NCBI GenBank assembly: GCA_045631425.1
Contig: JAZQUR010000105.1
Location: 13,917-77,916 of the forward strand
Direction of reading: 5' to 3'
Source of the DNA: Treponemataceae bacterium
GTDB lineage: Bacteria > Spirochaetota > Spirochaetia > Treponematales > Treponemataceae
DNA length: 64,000 nucleotides
Shown here: one piece after another, positions 27,901 through 37,380 of the stretch
Layout of the letters: every line of letters starts with the position of its first letter
Numbering within the stretch: position 1 is the first letter of the stretch
The notes under the pieces: generated by a model
Told to the model about the DNA's origin: nothing
Databases searched by the model: none
What the model saw: the letters and a program-made list of their open reading frames with translations, nothing else
Made by a program: the position numbers and the translations under genes

Positions 27901-28949
27901 TAGGAACAACAACTGCAGAAAGACAAATTTCTGTAAAAAAATCTGTTATCGACCTAGAAGAAGCTCTTGCAAACTGGGAAAACACACTTTCTGTAGTATT
28001 CCCACCTATCGCAAAAGATGCTGATAAGAAAACAGAAAAACTTCCAGAATTTGCAACTGCTGAACATCAATCTTTAATTGATGCTAGAAAATCAATTCCA
28101 AATGTTATGCCTTCAAAAGCAAAACCAAAAGTATTGCTTCCTGTTTTCCCAGGAACAAACTGTGAGTTCGATATGGCTCGTGCTTTTGCTTTATCTGGCG
28201 CAGATACAAAAATTGTTGTATTCCGCAACAATACACCACAGGCTCTTGAAGAATCACTTCAAGAACTACAAAAAGAACTTTCAACAGCTCAAATCCTAGC
28301 TCTTTCTGGTGGATTCTCAGCTGGTGATGAACCAGATGGTTCTGCAAAGTTCATTTGTAACGTACTAAGAGAAAGCAGAATTGCTGACGGTGTTATGAAC
28401 CTAGTTGATAACAAAAAAGGTCTAGTTCTCGGTATTTGTAACGGATTTCAAGCTTTAATTAAGGTTGGTTTGTTACCATACGGAAAAATCCTTTCTCCAT
28501 CAGAAGAAATGCCAACTCTTACATACAACTGTATCAACAGACACATTTCGAGAGTTGTTCGTACTCGTATGGTTTCTGCAACTAGCCCATGGGCAAACGA
28601 CCCAACTATCCTAGAAGCAAAAACACACCTAGTACCAATTTCTCACGGTGAAGGTCGCATTATCATTAGTGATGAACTTGCAAAAGACTTGTTCGCAAAA
28701 GGTCAAGTTTATACACAATATGTTACAGAAGACGGAATTCCTGTAATGAGTGAACCAGACAATCCAAACGGATCAATGTTCGCTATCGAAGGTATCACAA
28801 GTCTTGACGGCCGTATCCTTGGTAAGATGGGACACAGTGAAAGAACAATCGGCTTTGGCGAAAACGGAAAATCAGATTCACTTCTAAAAAATATTAGTGG
28901 TGATAACTGTCAAAACCTATTTGCTGCCGGTGTTCGTTACTTTAACTAA
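24975..28949 (+). CDS. purL: Phosphoribosylformylglycinamidine synthase, single-chain large type
   Basis: MFRLYIERKNGF start typical of large FGAM synthases, ETHNHPT, duplicated AIR-synthase-like domains, and a C-terminal glutaminase domain (GICNGFQ, HGEG). The 33-codon upstream extension in the ORF track was rejected. Confidence 0.95.
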   Translation: MFRLYIERKNGFENEVNRIFGEIKGFLGVDGITGLRYLNRYDIENVSEETIKAASCRIFSEPQSDICYFDHIPLNENDTVIAWEYLPGQYDQRSDSAEQCLSLLTGGKPSNVRCAKMVVLSGNISPAEIEKIEKYLINPVDSRLASLEIPETLKMTMELPGDIPVFEGFTKLSEKELADLRDKMGLAMDMADILFLQDYFKKEGRDPFETEIRVLDTYWSDHCRHTTFNTVLDDVEIEKSELTEPILCSLEEYKELRKELYAERAENGEKPTTLMDMACIGAKYLKKIGKLDDIELSAEINACSIYIDVDVTDVINNGETKTERWLLQFKNETHNHPTEIEPFGGAATCIGGAIRDPLSGRAWVYQALRVTGASDPTVPLSKTRDGKLPQMKLTREAAAGFSSYGNQIGLTTGQVAEIYHPGFEAKRMELGAVIAAVPAEVVKREEPEAGDCVVLVGGGTGRDGIGGATGSSKAHTVKSVTTAAAEVQKGNAVEERKIQRLFRNRDVCRMIRRCNDFGAGGVSVAVGELAPGLDINLDAVPKKYEGLNGTELAISESQERMALVVREKDVDAIIKAANDENLNATVIAKVTDTNRLVMKWRGKTIVDIDRNFLDTAGASRNASAKIVAPEKVSSPLASPLASVVEVLNQDCGCNGGTENKPGEKLSKAWLTNLKDLAVCSQRGLSERFDGSIGSATINFPMGGRYQATPESGCTAKIPVLPPFETETSSLMTFGYDPRVAQWSPYHGSQVAVLQSLARIASLGGKPDSCRLTFQEYFERTSSKEAWGKPTAALLGALSAQKAMGTASIGGKDSMSGTFQDLNVPPTLVSFAVATEKAKNVNSGAFKKADSKVYFIPTQYNKDLTPSFEDFNNNANTLYNLNKDGKVEAIYSVSAGGIAEAVSKMAFGNKIGFTFDGDFYGKLKAAYPEQASILAGQGKTCTSWLLFLPLYGSLITEVSSENVADFEKTFGDKAIFLGTTTAERQISVKKSVIDLEEALANWENTLSVVFPPIAKDADKKTEKLPEFATAEHQSLIDARKSIPNVMPSKAKPKVLLPVFPGTNCEFDMARAFALSGADTKIVVFRNNTPQALEESLQELQKELSTAQILALSGGFSAGDEPDGSAKFICNVLRESRIADGVMNLVDNKKGLVLGICNGFQALIKVGLLPYGKILSPSEEMPTLTYNCINRHISRVVRTRMVSATSPWANDPTILEAKTHLVPISHGEGRIIISDELAKDLFAKGQVYTQYVTEDGIPVMSEPDNPNGSMFAIEGITSLDGRILGKMGHSERTIGFGENGKSDSLLKNISGDNCQNLFAAGVRYFN

Positions 28950-28997
28950 TTTCATAAAGGGGAAGGAGCAAGCCTAAAAAACTTGCTCCAAAAAACA

Positions 28998-29933
28998 ATG
29001 AAAAAAATTATTTTCGTTTTACTAGCATTATCTATGCTATTCTTTGTTGGTTGTAAATCAGAACCAGTAGAATGGCTAACAGATTTAGACCAAGCAACAC
29101 TTGCTGCAGAAGAAAATAACAAAGACTTACTTATTTTCTTTAGTGGACTTGGTTGGGACGGATATTCAGAACAATTTACTTCTGAAATTCTTTCAAATGA
29201 AGCTTTCCTAAAAGAAGTTGGACCAAGTTACATTCCAGTTCAACTAAATATCGTTTTAGAAGAAGAAGGTTTAACAGAAGAAGAAATTGCAATTAATCAA
29301 TCAAATTATATGCTTGCATATTCTTTAAGCGTTTCTTCAGTTCCATCTATTATGATACTTACACAAGATGGAAATCCTTATGGAAGTATTCTTTACACAG
29401 CAGATTCAACTGTTGATACAGTAGTTTCAGAATTAAAAGCTATCAAAAAATCTGGCGATGCAATTCATAAACTAACTGCAAAAATTGAAAAAGCAACAGG
29501 TGTAAACAAAGCTAAACTTATTGATGAACTATATTCTTCAGTTTCAGAAGAATTTTCATATCTGTTCACAGATTACATTGCTGAATTTCCATCTCTAGAT
29601 CCAGAAAACAAAACTGGAAAACTTGGAAAATACAAACTTCTTCTAGCATACGACGAATCACTAGCTATCTTCAGCGAATCAGGTGATATCAGCGCTGCTT
29701 CACAAGTTTTCATCGACTTAGCAGAATCAGGACTATTAACTGTAGAAGAATATCAAACAGCATACTACAACGCAGCTTACCTAGAAAGCTATGGTGGAAA
29801 AATTCTAACAGATAACACAATTCCATATCTACAAAAAGCTTATGACGTTGCTCCAGATTCAGATTTTGCAGGTTCTCTCCTTTCGATAATTGAATCACTT
29901 ACAAGTATGCAAAATTCAACAGGAGACGAATAA
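28998..29933 (+). CDS. Lipoprotein with an N-terminal thioredoxin-like fold lacking CxxC
   Basis: Lipobox LFFVGC. DLLIFFSGLGWDGYSEQF sits where thioredoxin-like proteins carry WCxxC. Confidence 0.5.
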   Translation: MKKIIFVLLALSMLFFVGCKSEPVEWLTDLDQATLAAEENNKDLLIFFSGLGWDGYSEQFTSEILSNEAFLKEVGPSYIPVQLNIVLEEEGLTEEEIAINQSNYMLAYSLSVSSVPSIMILTQDGNPYGSILYTADSTVDTVVSELKAIKKSGDAIHKLTAKIEKATGVNKAKLIDELYSSVSEEFSYLFTDYIAEFPSLDPENKTGKLGKYKLLLAYDESLAIFSESGDISAASQVFIDLAESGLLTVEEYQTAYYNAAYLESYGGKILTDNTIPYLQKAYDVAPDSDFAGSLLSIIESLTSMQNSTGDE

Positions 29934-31214
29934 GTGCCTTCCTCGGAACCTCCCTCTAATATTGTAGAATTACTTGCAGTTGCAGTAGTTCTACTGATAT
30001 TATCTTCTTTATTTTCTATGTCAGAAAGTGCTTTCTTATCTGTAAACAAGTTAAGAATCCGCTTTTTGCGTAGAAAAAAAGTCAAAAAGGCCATTAGAGT
30101 TGGTAAGCTCCTTGATAAACAAGACGAGCTTATCAACACAATTCTAATTGGCAACAATATTGTAAACATTTCTATTTCATCAATTTTAACCAAAATATCT
30201 CTAGAACTTTTCGGAAGTGCTGGTGTCGCTGCTGCAACTTTTGTGGTTACACTTCTCTTGTTGATATTTGGTGAAATCACGCCAAAAACCCTCGGCTCAA
30301 AATTCCCAGAAAAAATCGCCTTTGGTCTCTCAGGTTTTCTAACTTTTTGGAAATTTGTTTTACATCCACTAGTTTTTATTTTTACGAAAATTTCAAATCT
30401 AGCAAAAATTCTAACTGGCGCCAAAAACACCAAAAATCAAAAATCCTTCACAGAAGAAGAAATCAAAACTTTTATTGAGGTTGGGGAAGAAGAAGGAACT
30501 GTAGAAAAAGACGAAAAAGAAATGCTTCACAAGGTTTTCAAATTCACAGATTTGGAAGCAAAAGATATTATGCAACCGCGAACAAAAATGATTACGGTTG
30601 ACATAAACGCAAAATACAACGATATTATCGAACTTTCACAAAAAACTCATCTTTCACACTTTCCTGTTATCAATTCAAATATTGATGATATTTGTGGAAT
30701 TCTCCACTTAAAAGATGTTATCCCGTTTTTTAACAACCAAGAGAATTTTTCCGTTCGCAACGTAATGAAAAAGCCTCTTTTTATCCCTGAAACAAAGAAA
30801 ATGTCCTCAATTCAAGAAGCAATCCGTGAAAGCAACCAATCTATCGCCATCGTTTTGGACGAATATTCTGGAACAGCGGGTTTGCTTACCATCGACGATA
30901 TTTCTTCCGAGATTTTCGGGACTCTAAGCGATGAGTATGATTTTATCCAAGCGATAGAAATCGAAGAAAAATCTGCAACAAGCTTTACATTAAAGGGAAA
31001 TGCCCGACTTGTTGATATTAACGAGAAGCTAAAAATCAGCCTAAACTCTGAAGTAAACGAAACTATTAACGGTTGGATTTGTGAACAACTAGATGCATTA
31101 CCAGAAATTGGAAACAAAATCAGCTTTTCTGGTTGGACATTTACCGTTGCAGAAGTTTCAAAAAATATGGCAACTAAAATCTGTGTAGAAGCAGAAGAGG
31201 AGGGCAATCTATGA
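29934..31214 (+). CDS. CNNM/DUF21-CBS-CorC_HlyC family protein (TlyC-like hemolysin family), paralogue 1
   Basis: GTG start. DUF21 TM region (SAFLS, LIGNN, GEITPK), a CBS pair, and a CorC/HlyC C-terminal domain. Confidence 0.85.
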   Translation: MPSSEPPSNIVELLAVAVVLLILSSLFSMSESAFLSVNKLRIRFLRRKKVKKAIRVGKLLDKQDELINTILIGNNIVNISISSILTKISLELFGSAGVAAATFVVTLLLLIFGEITPKTLGSKFPEKIAFGLSGFLTFWKFVLHPLVFIFTKISNLAKILTGAKNTKNQKSFTEEEIKTFIEVGEEEGTVEKDEKEMLHKVFKFTDLEAKDIMQPRTKMITVDINAKYNDIIELSQKTHLSHFPVINSNIDDICGILHLKDVIPFFNNQENFSVRNVMKKPLFIPETKKMSSIQEAIRESNQSIAIVLDEYSGTAGLLTIDDISSEIFGTLSDEYDFIQAIEIEEKSATSFTLKGNARLVDINEKLKISLNSEVNETINGWICEQLDALPEIGNKISFSGWTFTVAEVSKNMATKICVEAEEEGNL

Positions 31215-32467
31215 ACCTAGTATTTTCCCTCGCACTTTTGATTCTTCTAATCGGAATGTCCGCATTCTTTTCTTGTAGCGAAACAGCCTTTTTAAGCTTA
31301 TCAAAAGTGAAACTTCGCCAAATGCTAAAAGAAAACAAAAAGAAAGCTTTACCAGTTGCAAAACTAAAGCAAAACACAGACAATCTTTTAACTCTGATTT
31401 TGGTTGGCAACAATTTTGTAAACACTTTTTCATCATCTTTGGCAACATCCTTGGCACTAACACTTTTTGGCTCAAGTGGTGTGGGAATCGCCACCGCTGT
31501 GATGACAGTGCTTATTATCATTTTTGGGGAGATTTTGCCAAAATCCTATGCGGCATTTTTCCCAGAAAAAGTTTCTCAGAAGTTAGCAAAACCTTTAACA
31601 CTGCTAAAAAACTTGTTAAAGCCCATTATCATCATTTTTGCGGCTTGTACAAAAGCAGTTTCAAAATTTGTGGCGCTTTTTCAGAAAAATCCTCTTCCAT
31701 CAGTAACCGAAGAAGAATTGAAAACTCTCATCGACGTGGGAGATGAAGAGGGAACTCTGGAAACTGGGGAAAAAGAGATGCTTTACAAAATCTTTGAGTT
31801 TACAGACCTTCGTGTGCGAGATATTTTACGCCACCGTTCTTTTGTAAAATCTATTGATGGGAAAGCAACTTACGAAGAAACCCTTGCAAAATTCATCGAA
31901 TCGGGATATTCACGCCTTCCAGTTTTCAAAGATGATTTTGAAACAATTTTAGGAACAATCCACTATAAAGACGTTTTATATTTTTCCGGGAATAAAAAAG
32001 AGTTTTCCCCAGAAAAAATTGCGCGAAAAGCTTTGTTCATACCAGAAACAATTTCTGTTATCACTTTGTTGATGCGATTTAGAACAGAAAAACACACTTT
32101 CGCAGTGGTTGTTGGAGAACACGGCAATTTAGAGGGAATCGTTACCACAGATGATATTCTAAAAGCAGTTTTCGGACGTATTACAGACGAATACAACTCA
32201 AAATCTGTTGCCCCTGAAGAAAGAATCCGTGTTACAGGACGCCGAGAATTCTTGATTCCAGGAGATATGTCCCTAAATGATATAAATCGGATTTTCAGCA
32301 CAGACTTTGAATCCGAGGATTTTGATACTCTTGGTGGATGGCTTTTAGAAAATATTGGCTATCTTCCAGAAAATGGCGAAAAATTAAAAATCGGTTCTAT
32401 AACTTTCACAGTTGAAGATGTGGGAAGTCGCCGAATTCAAAGTATTCGTATGCGGTACGAAAGATAA
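31211..32467 (+). CDS. CNNM/DUF21-CBS-CorC_HlyC family protein, paralogue 2
   Basis: Same architecture (TAFLSLS, LVGNN, GEILPK). ATGA overlap with paralogue 1. Confidence 0.85.
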   Translation: MNLVFSLALLILLIGMSAFFSCSETAFLSLSKVKLRQMLKENKKKALPVAKLKQNTDNLLTLILVGNNFVNTFSSSLATSLALTLFGSSGVGIATAVMTVLIIIFGEILPKSYAAFFPEKVSQKLAKPLTLLKNLLKPIIIIFAACTKAVSKFVALFQKNPLPSVTEEELKTLIDVGDEEGTLETGEKEMLYKIFEFTDLRVRDILRHRSFVKSIDGKATYEETLAKFIESGYSRLPVFKDDFETILGTIHYKDVLYFSGNKKEFSPEKIARKALFIPETISVITLLMRFRTEKHTFAVVVGEHGNLEGIVTTDDILKAVFGRITDEYNSKSVAPEERIRVTGRREFLIPGDMSLNDINRIFSTDFESEDFDTLGGWLLENIGYLPENGEKLKIGSITFTVEDVGSRRIQSIRMRYER

Positions 32468-33321
32468 AAATCATAGAAAAAGCTAGAAAAGCCTCCCGTA
32501 CCTCCGTAGGTTGGATATCCATTTATGTATGTCACGCCTTCGAGGATTGGAGTGTTTTCTACTTTTCCGCCTAAAATCAAAGTGGATTTTTCAGAAAAAT
32601 CGTAGCCCAAGCAAATATCATTTTTTACAAGAAAAAACCCAGAAACACAATCTTGGAAAACCATATTTCGCTCTACATGAACATCTGTGCAAACTCCAGA
32701 AGCATAACCTAAATATCCTTCAAAATTAATAAAAGCATTTTCCGCAAAATATGTCTTGGCACCAAAACCAACGTAAAAAGAAGTTAAATAAGGATTATAA
32801 GTTATAACAGTTCCAGAAAGAGTTCCCTCGGCTTTTCCGTAAGGCTCCCAGTCTTTGTAATAATACCAGCCATTCAAACCGTAAAACTCTGTATCAAGAA
32901 CATTTAACTGAAAAATCAGTTTTCCAGAGTTTTTTTTGCTAAAATCGAATATAAACCCAAAATCAAAAGAAAAACTGTTATCCTTTGCAACAACTAAATC
33001 ATGGCAGGAATATCGGGTAATATCATCTTGTGCAGTTTCATCAAGCCAGTCGTAATCTTCCATGGTTCCACCAAAAGTTGCAACTTCTGTAGAAAACCCA
33101 AGTCCCAAAAAATACTTCTTAAACTCAAAATCTACATCAATTCCCAAATTAACTTGATTTTCAACCTGCCAATCAAGCTGACTTACTTTGTAATCTCCCG
33201 CAAAAACATACTCTTTTGCAGTTCCATTTTTCAAACTGATATTTGGAGATAAATAAAATCCTTCAGAAAATAAAAAAAAGCCAACAAAAAGATAGAGAAG
33301 TGAAATCAGTGTCTTTTTCAT
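32437..33321 (-). CDS. Omptin-family outer-membrane protease homologue
   Basis: KVSQLDWQ and GGTMEDYDWLD align with OmpT KVSQLDWK and GGNMVDQDWMD. A D-x-D pair (EDYDW) and a D-x-H pair (TDVH) are both present. Has a signal peptide. Its 3' end overlaps the convergent gene by 31 nt. Confidence 0.7.
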   Translation of the reverse strand: MKKTLISLLYLFVGFFLFSEGFYLSPNISLKNGTAKEYVFAGDYKVSQLDWQVENQVNLGIDVDFEFKKYFLGLGFSTEVATFGGTMEDYDWLDETAQDDITRYSCHDLVVAKDNSFSFDFGFIFDFSKKNSGKLIFQLNVLDTEFYGLNGWYYYKDWEPYGKAEGTLSGTVITYNPYLTSFYVGFGAKTYFAENAFINFEGYLGYASGVCTDVHVERNMVFQDCVSGFFLVKNDICLGYDFSEKSTLILGGKVENTPILEGVTYINGYPTYGGTGGFSSFFYDFYLSYRIRIL

Positions 33322-33339
33322 TGGCTTTCCTCGTAAAAA

Positions 33340-34116
33340 TTATTCTTCGTCTTTGTTTTCTTCTTCTGAAGAAGCAAGTGGGTCAACTTTGTACAATTTG
33401 CAAAGCTGTTTTCGTAAAGCATCCATATCACGGTGATAAGGCGCTGTAAAAGTCATTCTCTCACGAGTTACAGGATGCACAATGCTTAGTTGATAAGCGT
33501 GCAAACCAAGGCGAGCAAGCAGCGGTCTTTCTTCAAAAACATCCCCGCGGTAAGAACGCTTAATATCACTTAGGCGAACTGGCTTTTGATTGCCGCTATA
33601 AAGTGGATCACAAACAATACTGATTCCCAAATCTTGTAAGTGAGCACGAATTTGGTGAGTTCGCCCAGTAACTGGGTCAGCCTGAATCCAAGAATATGGA
33701 CCAACAGTTCCCAAAAGCTTAAAGTTAGTAACAGATTCTTTTCCCATTCTCTTGTTTACAACAGTTCTATGGCGAGGGTCTCCGTCTGGCAAAAGTTTAG
33801 CTTTGTGAGTATATTCTTCCCAAGCTGGTCGACCATGAACCAAAGCGTGATAAGTTTTGTGAACTTCTCTACGTTCAAAGGCAATAGACAAAAATCTGTG
33901 AGCATCAGCAGTACGAGCATAAATTACGATACCAGAAGTGTCTTTATCAATTCGGTGAACTGCCAACAATCTTCCAAATTCTTGTTCTGCAAGTTTATCC
34001 AAACGAGGTGCATCTTTGTCATAACGATCTGATGCAACCAAAAGCCCAGAAACCTTATTCAAAACTACAATGGATTCATCTTGATATATTACTGAGTAAT
34101 TCTTTATTGCTTTCAT
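33340..34116 (-). CDS. RluA-family pseudouridine synthase
   Basis: HRIDKDTSG catalytic motif and GRTHQIRAH. Confidence 0.9.
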   Translation of the reverse strand: MKAIKNYSVIYQDESIVVLNKVSGLLVASDRYDKDAPRLDKLAEQEFGRLLAVHRIDKDTSGIVIYARTADAHRFLSIAFERREVHKTYHALVHGRPAWEEYTHKAKLLPDGDPRHRTVVNKRMGKESVTNFKLLGTVGPYSWIQADPVTGRTHQIRAHLQDLGISIVCDPLYSGNQKPVRLSDIKRSYRGDVFEERPLLARLGLHAYQLSIVHPVTRERMTFTAPYHRDMDALRKQLCKLYKVDPLASSEEENKDEE

Positions 34117-34300
34117 ACAAAATCAGTATATCAAATATCTGCAAAAAATCCTATAAATCCTCGGAAAAATCTATATTCTATCGAATAAAATTTTGTTAAT
34201 TTAAATTTTACTTGATATAATCTCTTTATAAGCGTAAGATTTAAATAGATTATTTTAATCTTAATATTCCCTTAATCAAAACAAAAGGATATTTACAAAT

Positions 34301-35668
34301 ATGAAAGGATTTTTTGATTTTACAGTTGATGAACTTGGACCATGTAAGGTTGATTCTCCAATTCAACTTTCAAAATCCCATGGTGATATGGTTGCAAACT
34401 ACGTTTATGATAACGAATTTGTTCGCTACAACGTGGATATTACAGGTGACGTTTCAAAAGAAGACGAAGAATTATGCAAAAAAAATCTAATACAAAAAGC
34501 AGGTCCCCGTGAAAAAATTTATTTTAATCCAAAACACGTAAACGCAGGTATCTGTACTTGTGGTGGTTTGTGTCCAGGATTAAATGACGTTATTCGTGCT
34601 GTAGTTCGCTGTTTGTGGAATCGCTATGGAGTGCGCCGAATTCGTGGTATTCGTTTTGGATTCAAAGGACTTTTACCAGAACAAGGATTTGACACAATCG
34701 ACTTAAACCCTGATTTAGTTGATGATATTCACAAAACAGGTGGTTCTTTCTTAGGAACAAGCCGTGGCGGTGGCGATAAAGTTATGGAAATTGTTGATGC
34801 TATAGAAGCATTAAACATGAATATGATTTTTATTGTTGGTGGAGACGGAACACAAAGAGGCTCTCTTGATATTGCTAACGAAATTGAAAAACGCGGCCTA
34901 AAAGTTGCAGTTGTTGGTATTCCAAAAACTATTGATAATGACCTTATCTTTATTCAACGTTCTTTCGGTTTTGATACAGCTGTTCAAAAAGCAACAGAAG
35001 CGGTTGCTGCAGCCCACATGGAAGCTCACTCACACATTAACGGTATCGGTTTAATCAAATTGATGGGTCGGGAATCTGGTTTTATTGCCACAGCTACAGC
35101 TCTTGCAAGCCACGAAACAAACTTCTGTTTAATTCCAGAAATCCCATTTGATTTGGACGGTGAAAACGGATTTTTAGCTGAACTTGAAAAACGAATTGTA
35201 AACAGACATCACGCTGTAGTAATTGTAGCAGAAGGGGCAGGGCAGGAGCACTTAAAAGCAACTGGCGAACATGATGCTTCTGGAAATATTAAACTTGGGG
35301 ATATTGGTATTTTCCTAAAGGATAAAATCACTGAATACTTTAAGGAAAAGAAAATCCACATTAACTTGAAATATATCGATCCAAGTTATCAGATTCGTTC
35401 TGCACAAGCAAATCCAAGTGATTCAATCTATTGTGAACGTCTTGGAAATAACGCTGTTCACGCTGCAATGGCTGGTAAAACAAAAATCGTTATCGGTTTA
35501 GTTCACAATAAATACGTTCATTTGCCAATTCGATTGGTAACAGCAAAACGCAACAAGGTAAATCCAGAAGGTTCAATGTGGCGCGATGCAATCGATGCAA
35601 CAGGTCAACCAACTTTAATGGTAAACGATAAAGAAGCAGTTATTGCAAAACTAAAAGCAGAACAATAG
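34301..35668 (+). CDS. 6-phosphofructokinase, long (plant/spirochaete-like) type; phosphoryl donor not assignable
   Basis: [33 protein letters not shown] and MGRESG motifs; 455 aa. Confidence 0.85.
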   Translation: MKGFFDFTVDELGPCKVDSPIQLSKSHGDMVANYVYDNEFVRYNVDITGDVSKEDEELCKKNLIQKAGPREKIYFNPKHVNAGICTCGGLCPGLNDVIRAVVRCLWNRYGVRRIRGIRFGFKGLLPEQGFDTIDLNPDLVDDIHKTGGSFLGTSRGGGDKVMEIVDAIEALNMNMIFIVGGDGTQRGSLDIANEIEKRGLKVAVVGIPKTIDNDLIFIQRSFGFDTAVQKATEAVAAAHMEAHSHINGIGLIKLMGRESGFIATATALASHETNFCLIPEIPFDLDGENGFLAELEKRIVNRHHAVVIVAEGAGQEHLKATGEHDASGNIKLGDIGIFLKDKITEYFKEKKIHINLKYIDPSYQIRSAQANPSDSIYCERLGNNAVHAAMAGKTKIVIGLVHNKYVHLPIRLVTAKRNKVNPEGSMWRDAIDATGQPTLMVNDKEAVIAKLKAEQ

Positions 35669-35690
35669 TTTAGACCTTTAGCAAAAAAGA

Positions 35691-35801
35691 AACCCTGTGG
35701 GAAACTCTAAAAGCATGTGAGTTTTCCACAGGGTTTTCCACTTTTAAACAGACTTTTCCACAACCTTATGCAAAAACTAAGTAAGTTTTCCACAGGTTGT
35801 G
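35691..35801. promoter_or_regulatory. Intergenic hairpins carrying 4 direct TTTTCCAC(A/T) motifs plus one inverted degenerate copy (DnaA-box-like); also plausible bidirectional terminators
   Basis: TTTTCCACA at 35721-35729, 35754-35762 and 35786-35794. TTTTCCACT at 35733-35741. TGTGGGAAA at 35696-35704. Long hairpin 35691-35707/35718-35734 and a second stem CACAACCT/AGGTTGTG. Confidence 0.45.
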
Positions 35802-35813
35802 AGTTTAGTTGTT

Positions 35814-36803
35814 TTATTGCAAAATTTTTGCCATGCCTAAATCTGTTAGGATAATACCTTTTTCTTCAGGGTCAATATTATAGTGTTCACCTTCAACTAA
35901 TTCTAGAAAAGAGGCATAACCCACTGCTTCTTCTAGAGAAGAAAAATAAAGAGTATCTTCATCTAAAATGTTACCATTTGGATCCATGAAATACCACCAT
36001 TCTTCACCTGCACCGCCCATTATAGCTTCAATTTTTGCCATGCCTGATTCAGTCATTTTTATTGTATATAAATCAAAATCTACAGTGTAATCAGTGTTTT
36101 CGTTTAGTTCAAATTCTTTAACCATGTTCATAAATAGCAAATATGGCATTTCATCAACTATATTTTCCATATCATCATCAGCATAAATCTTGAAAGATCC
36201 CGTAATTTTTTTAAACCCAAGTTCAGTCAAATTAATTTTTTTATCTGAATCAAAACTGTAATCTTGTCCTTCATAAAGACCATCAGTATAAATGAACTCA
36301 ACCAATAAAACTTCAAAAACATTTTGATCATTATAGCATAATGTCCATACTTCAAAATAAGATTTTTCACCTTTTATACAAGTGTATGTTTCATCGTCTG
36401 CTATAAAAGTAAATTTATTATCAGTTAATTTTGATGTTGTAAATGTTATTTCTTCGTCATTTTCTGTTAATCTAATAGTTGCTACATCATCTAAAACAGA
36501 ATATGTAAAAGGTATTTCATCTATCTCTAATATTGGAGCTTCTTCCCCGTTTGCTTTATACTCAATAAGTCCAATTTTACCATTTGCATCATCAACAAAT
36601 TCTATGTATCCTTCAATTTCTGATTCTCCATACATTTCATAATTCATCACATACACATTGCCCTTAAAATTATTTACAGGAGCAACTGGTGTTGGCTCTG
36701 GATCTGGTGTAGGTGCTGGTTGTTCTGGTGTTGGACATCCAACAAAAGCAAAAGCAGCTAATAGAAGCATTAGCCCTAAAACAATTTTTTTTAAGTTTTT
36801 CAT
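35814..36803 (-). CDS. Lipoprotein of unknown function with a Pro-rich tether
   Basis: Lipobox FAFVGC followed by PTPEQPAPTPDPEPTPVAP. An internal (L/M)T(E/D)xG(M/F)(A/K)KI motif occurs three times. Confidence 0.6.
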   Translation of the reverse strand: MKNLKKIVLGLMLLLAAFAFVGCPTPEQPAPTPDPEPTPVAPVNNFKGNVYVMNYEMYGESEIEGYIEFVDDANGKIGLIEYKANGEEAPILEIDEIPFTYSVLDDVATIRLTENDEEITFTTSKLTDNKFTFIADDETYTCIKGEKSYFEVWTLCYNDQNVFEVLLVEFIYTDGLYEGQDYSFDSDKKINLTELGFKKITGSFKIYADDDMENIVDEMPYLLFMNMVKEFELNENTDYTVDFDLYTIKMTESGMAKIEAIMGGAGEEWWYFMDPNGNILDEDTLYFSSLEEAVGYASFLELVEGEHYNIDPEEKGIILTDLGMAKILQ

Positions 36804-37004
36804 AAAAACCTCATAAGATTATTAATTTTTTTTTACACATACGTATAAAAAGAAGTTTGCACAAATAGATATTATCAATATACTTTTTGCACAAACCACA
36901 TATTCATAATATCTTATTTACAGTTAATGTCAATGTCTATTTTTACAATTTGTATATTATTATTCTATGTAACTGATTTGTAAAATTAATAATACTTACA
37001 ATTA

Positions 37005-37325
37005 ATGAAACTAGAAATTCAAACACGTTTAGCTCATAACATAAAACGTCTACGAAAAAATCAAAATCTCACCCAATTTGAATTGGCAGAAAAAGCAAAT
37101 ATTTCAGAAGCTATGGTGAAAAGCATAGAACTTTCCCTTTCATGGCCTAGCGAAAAAACTCTGACACAACTTTCAGATGCATTAAATACTGATATCCTTA
37201 ACTTTTTCATTCCCGAAAACCCAGAATCTACCGTAAAATCCTCTCTTTATTCTCAGATAAAAGACTCTATCACCGAAAACTACAACAATTATCTCCAAAA
37301 AATTTTTAGCGAAATCAACATTTAA
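37005..37325 (+). CDS. XRE-family helix-turn-helix transcriptional regulator
   Basis: IKRLRKNQNLTQFELAEKANISEAMVKSIE HTH_3-type pattern. Confidence 0.8.
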   Translation: MKLEIQTRLAHNIKRLRKNQNLTQFELAEKANISEAMVKSIELSLSWPSEKTLTQLSDALNTDILNFFIPENPESTVKSSLYSQIKDSITENYNNYLQKIFSEINI

Positions 37326-37380
37326 TATAAACACCTATATTTCCTAACACCGTCCCCAATTTCAATGTTATACTATCCTC

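Noticed and set aside
25175-30433. Long antisense or alternative-frame ORFs within purL and the CNNM gene (for example 25175-25552, 26435-26836, 27233-27526 and 29840-30433), and similar ones elsewhere (809-1267, 1427-1774, 31174-31521, 42493-42846)
   Set aside because: These are shadow ORFs opposite or overlapping strongly supported genes. They have no RBS and low-complexity or Ser/Arg/Phe-rich translations.
35691-35801. DnaA-box-like cluster interpreted as the chromosomal origin (oriC)
   Set aside because: There is no dnaA, dnaN or gyrB nearby and no extended AT-rich unwinding region. The site is a 145-nt gap between convergent genes, and several boxes double as hairpin arms. It is kept only as a box-cluster observation.
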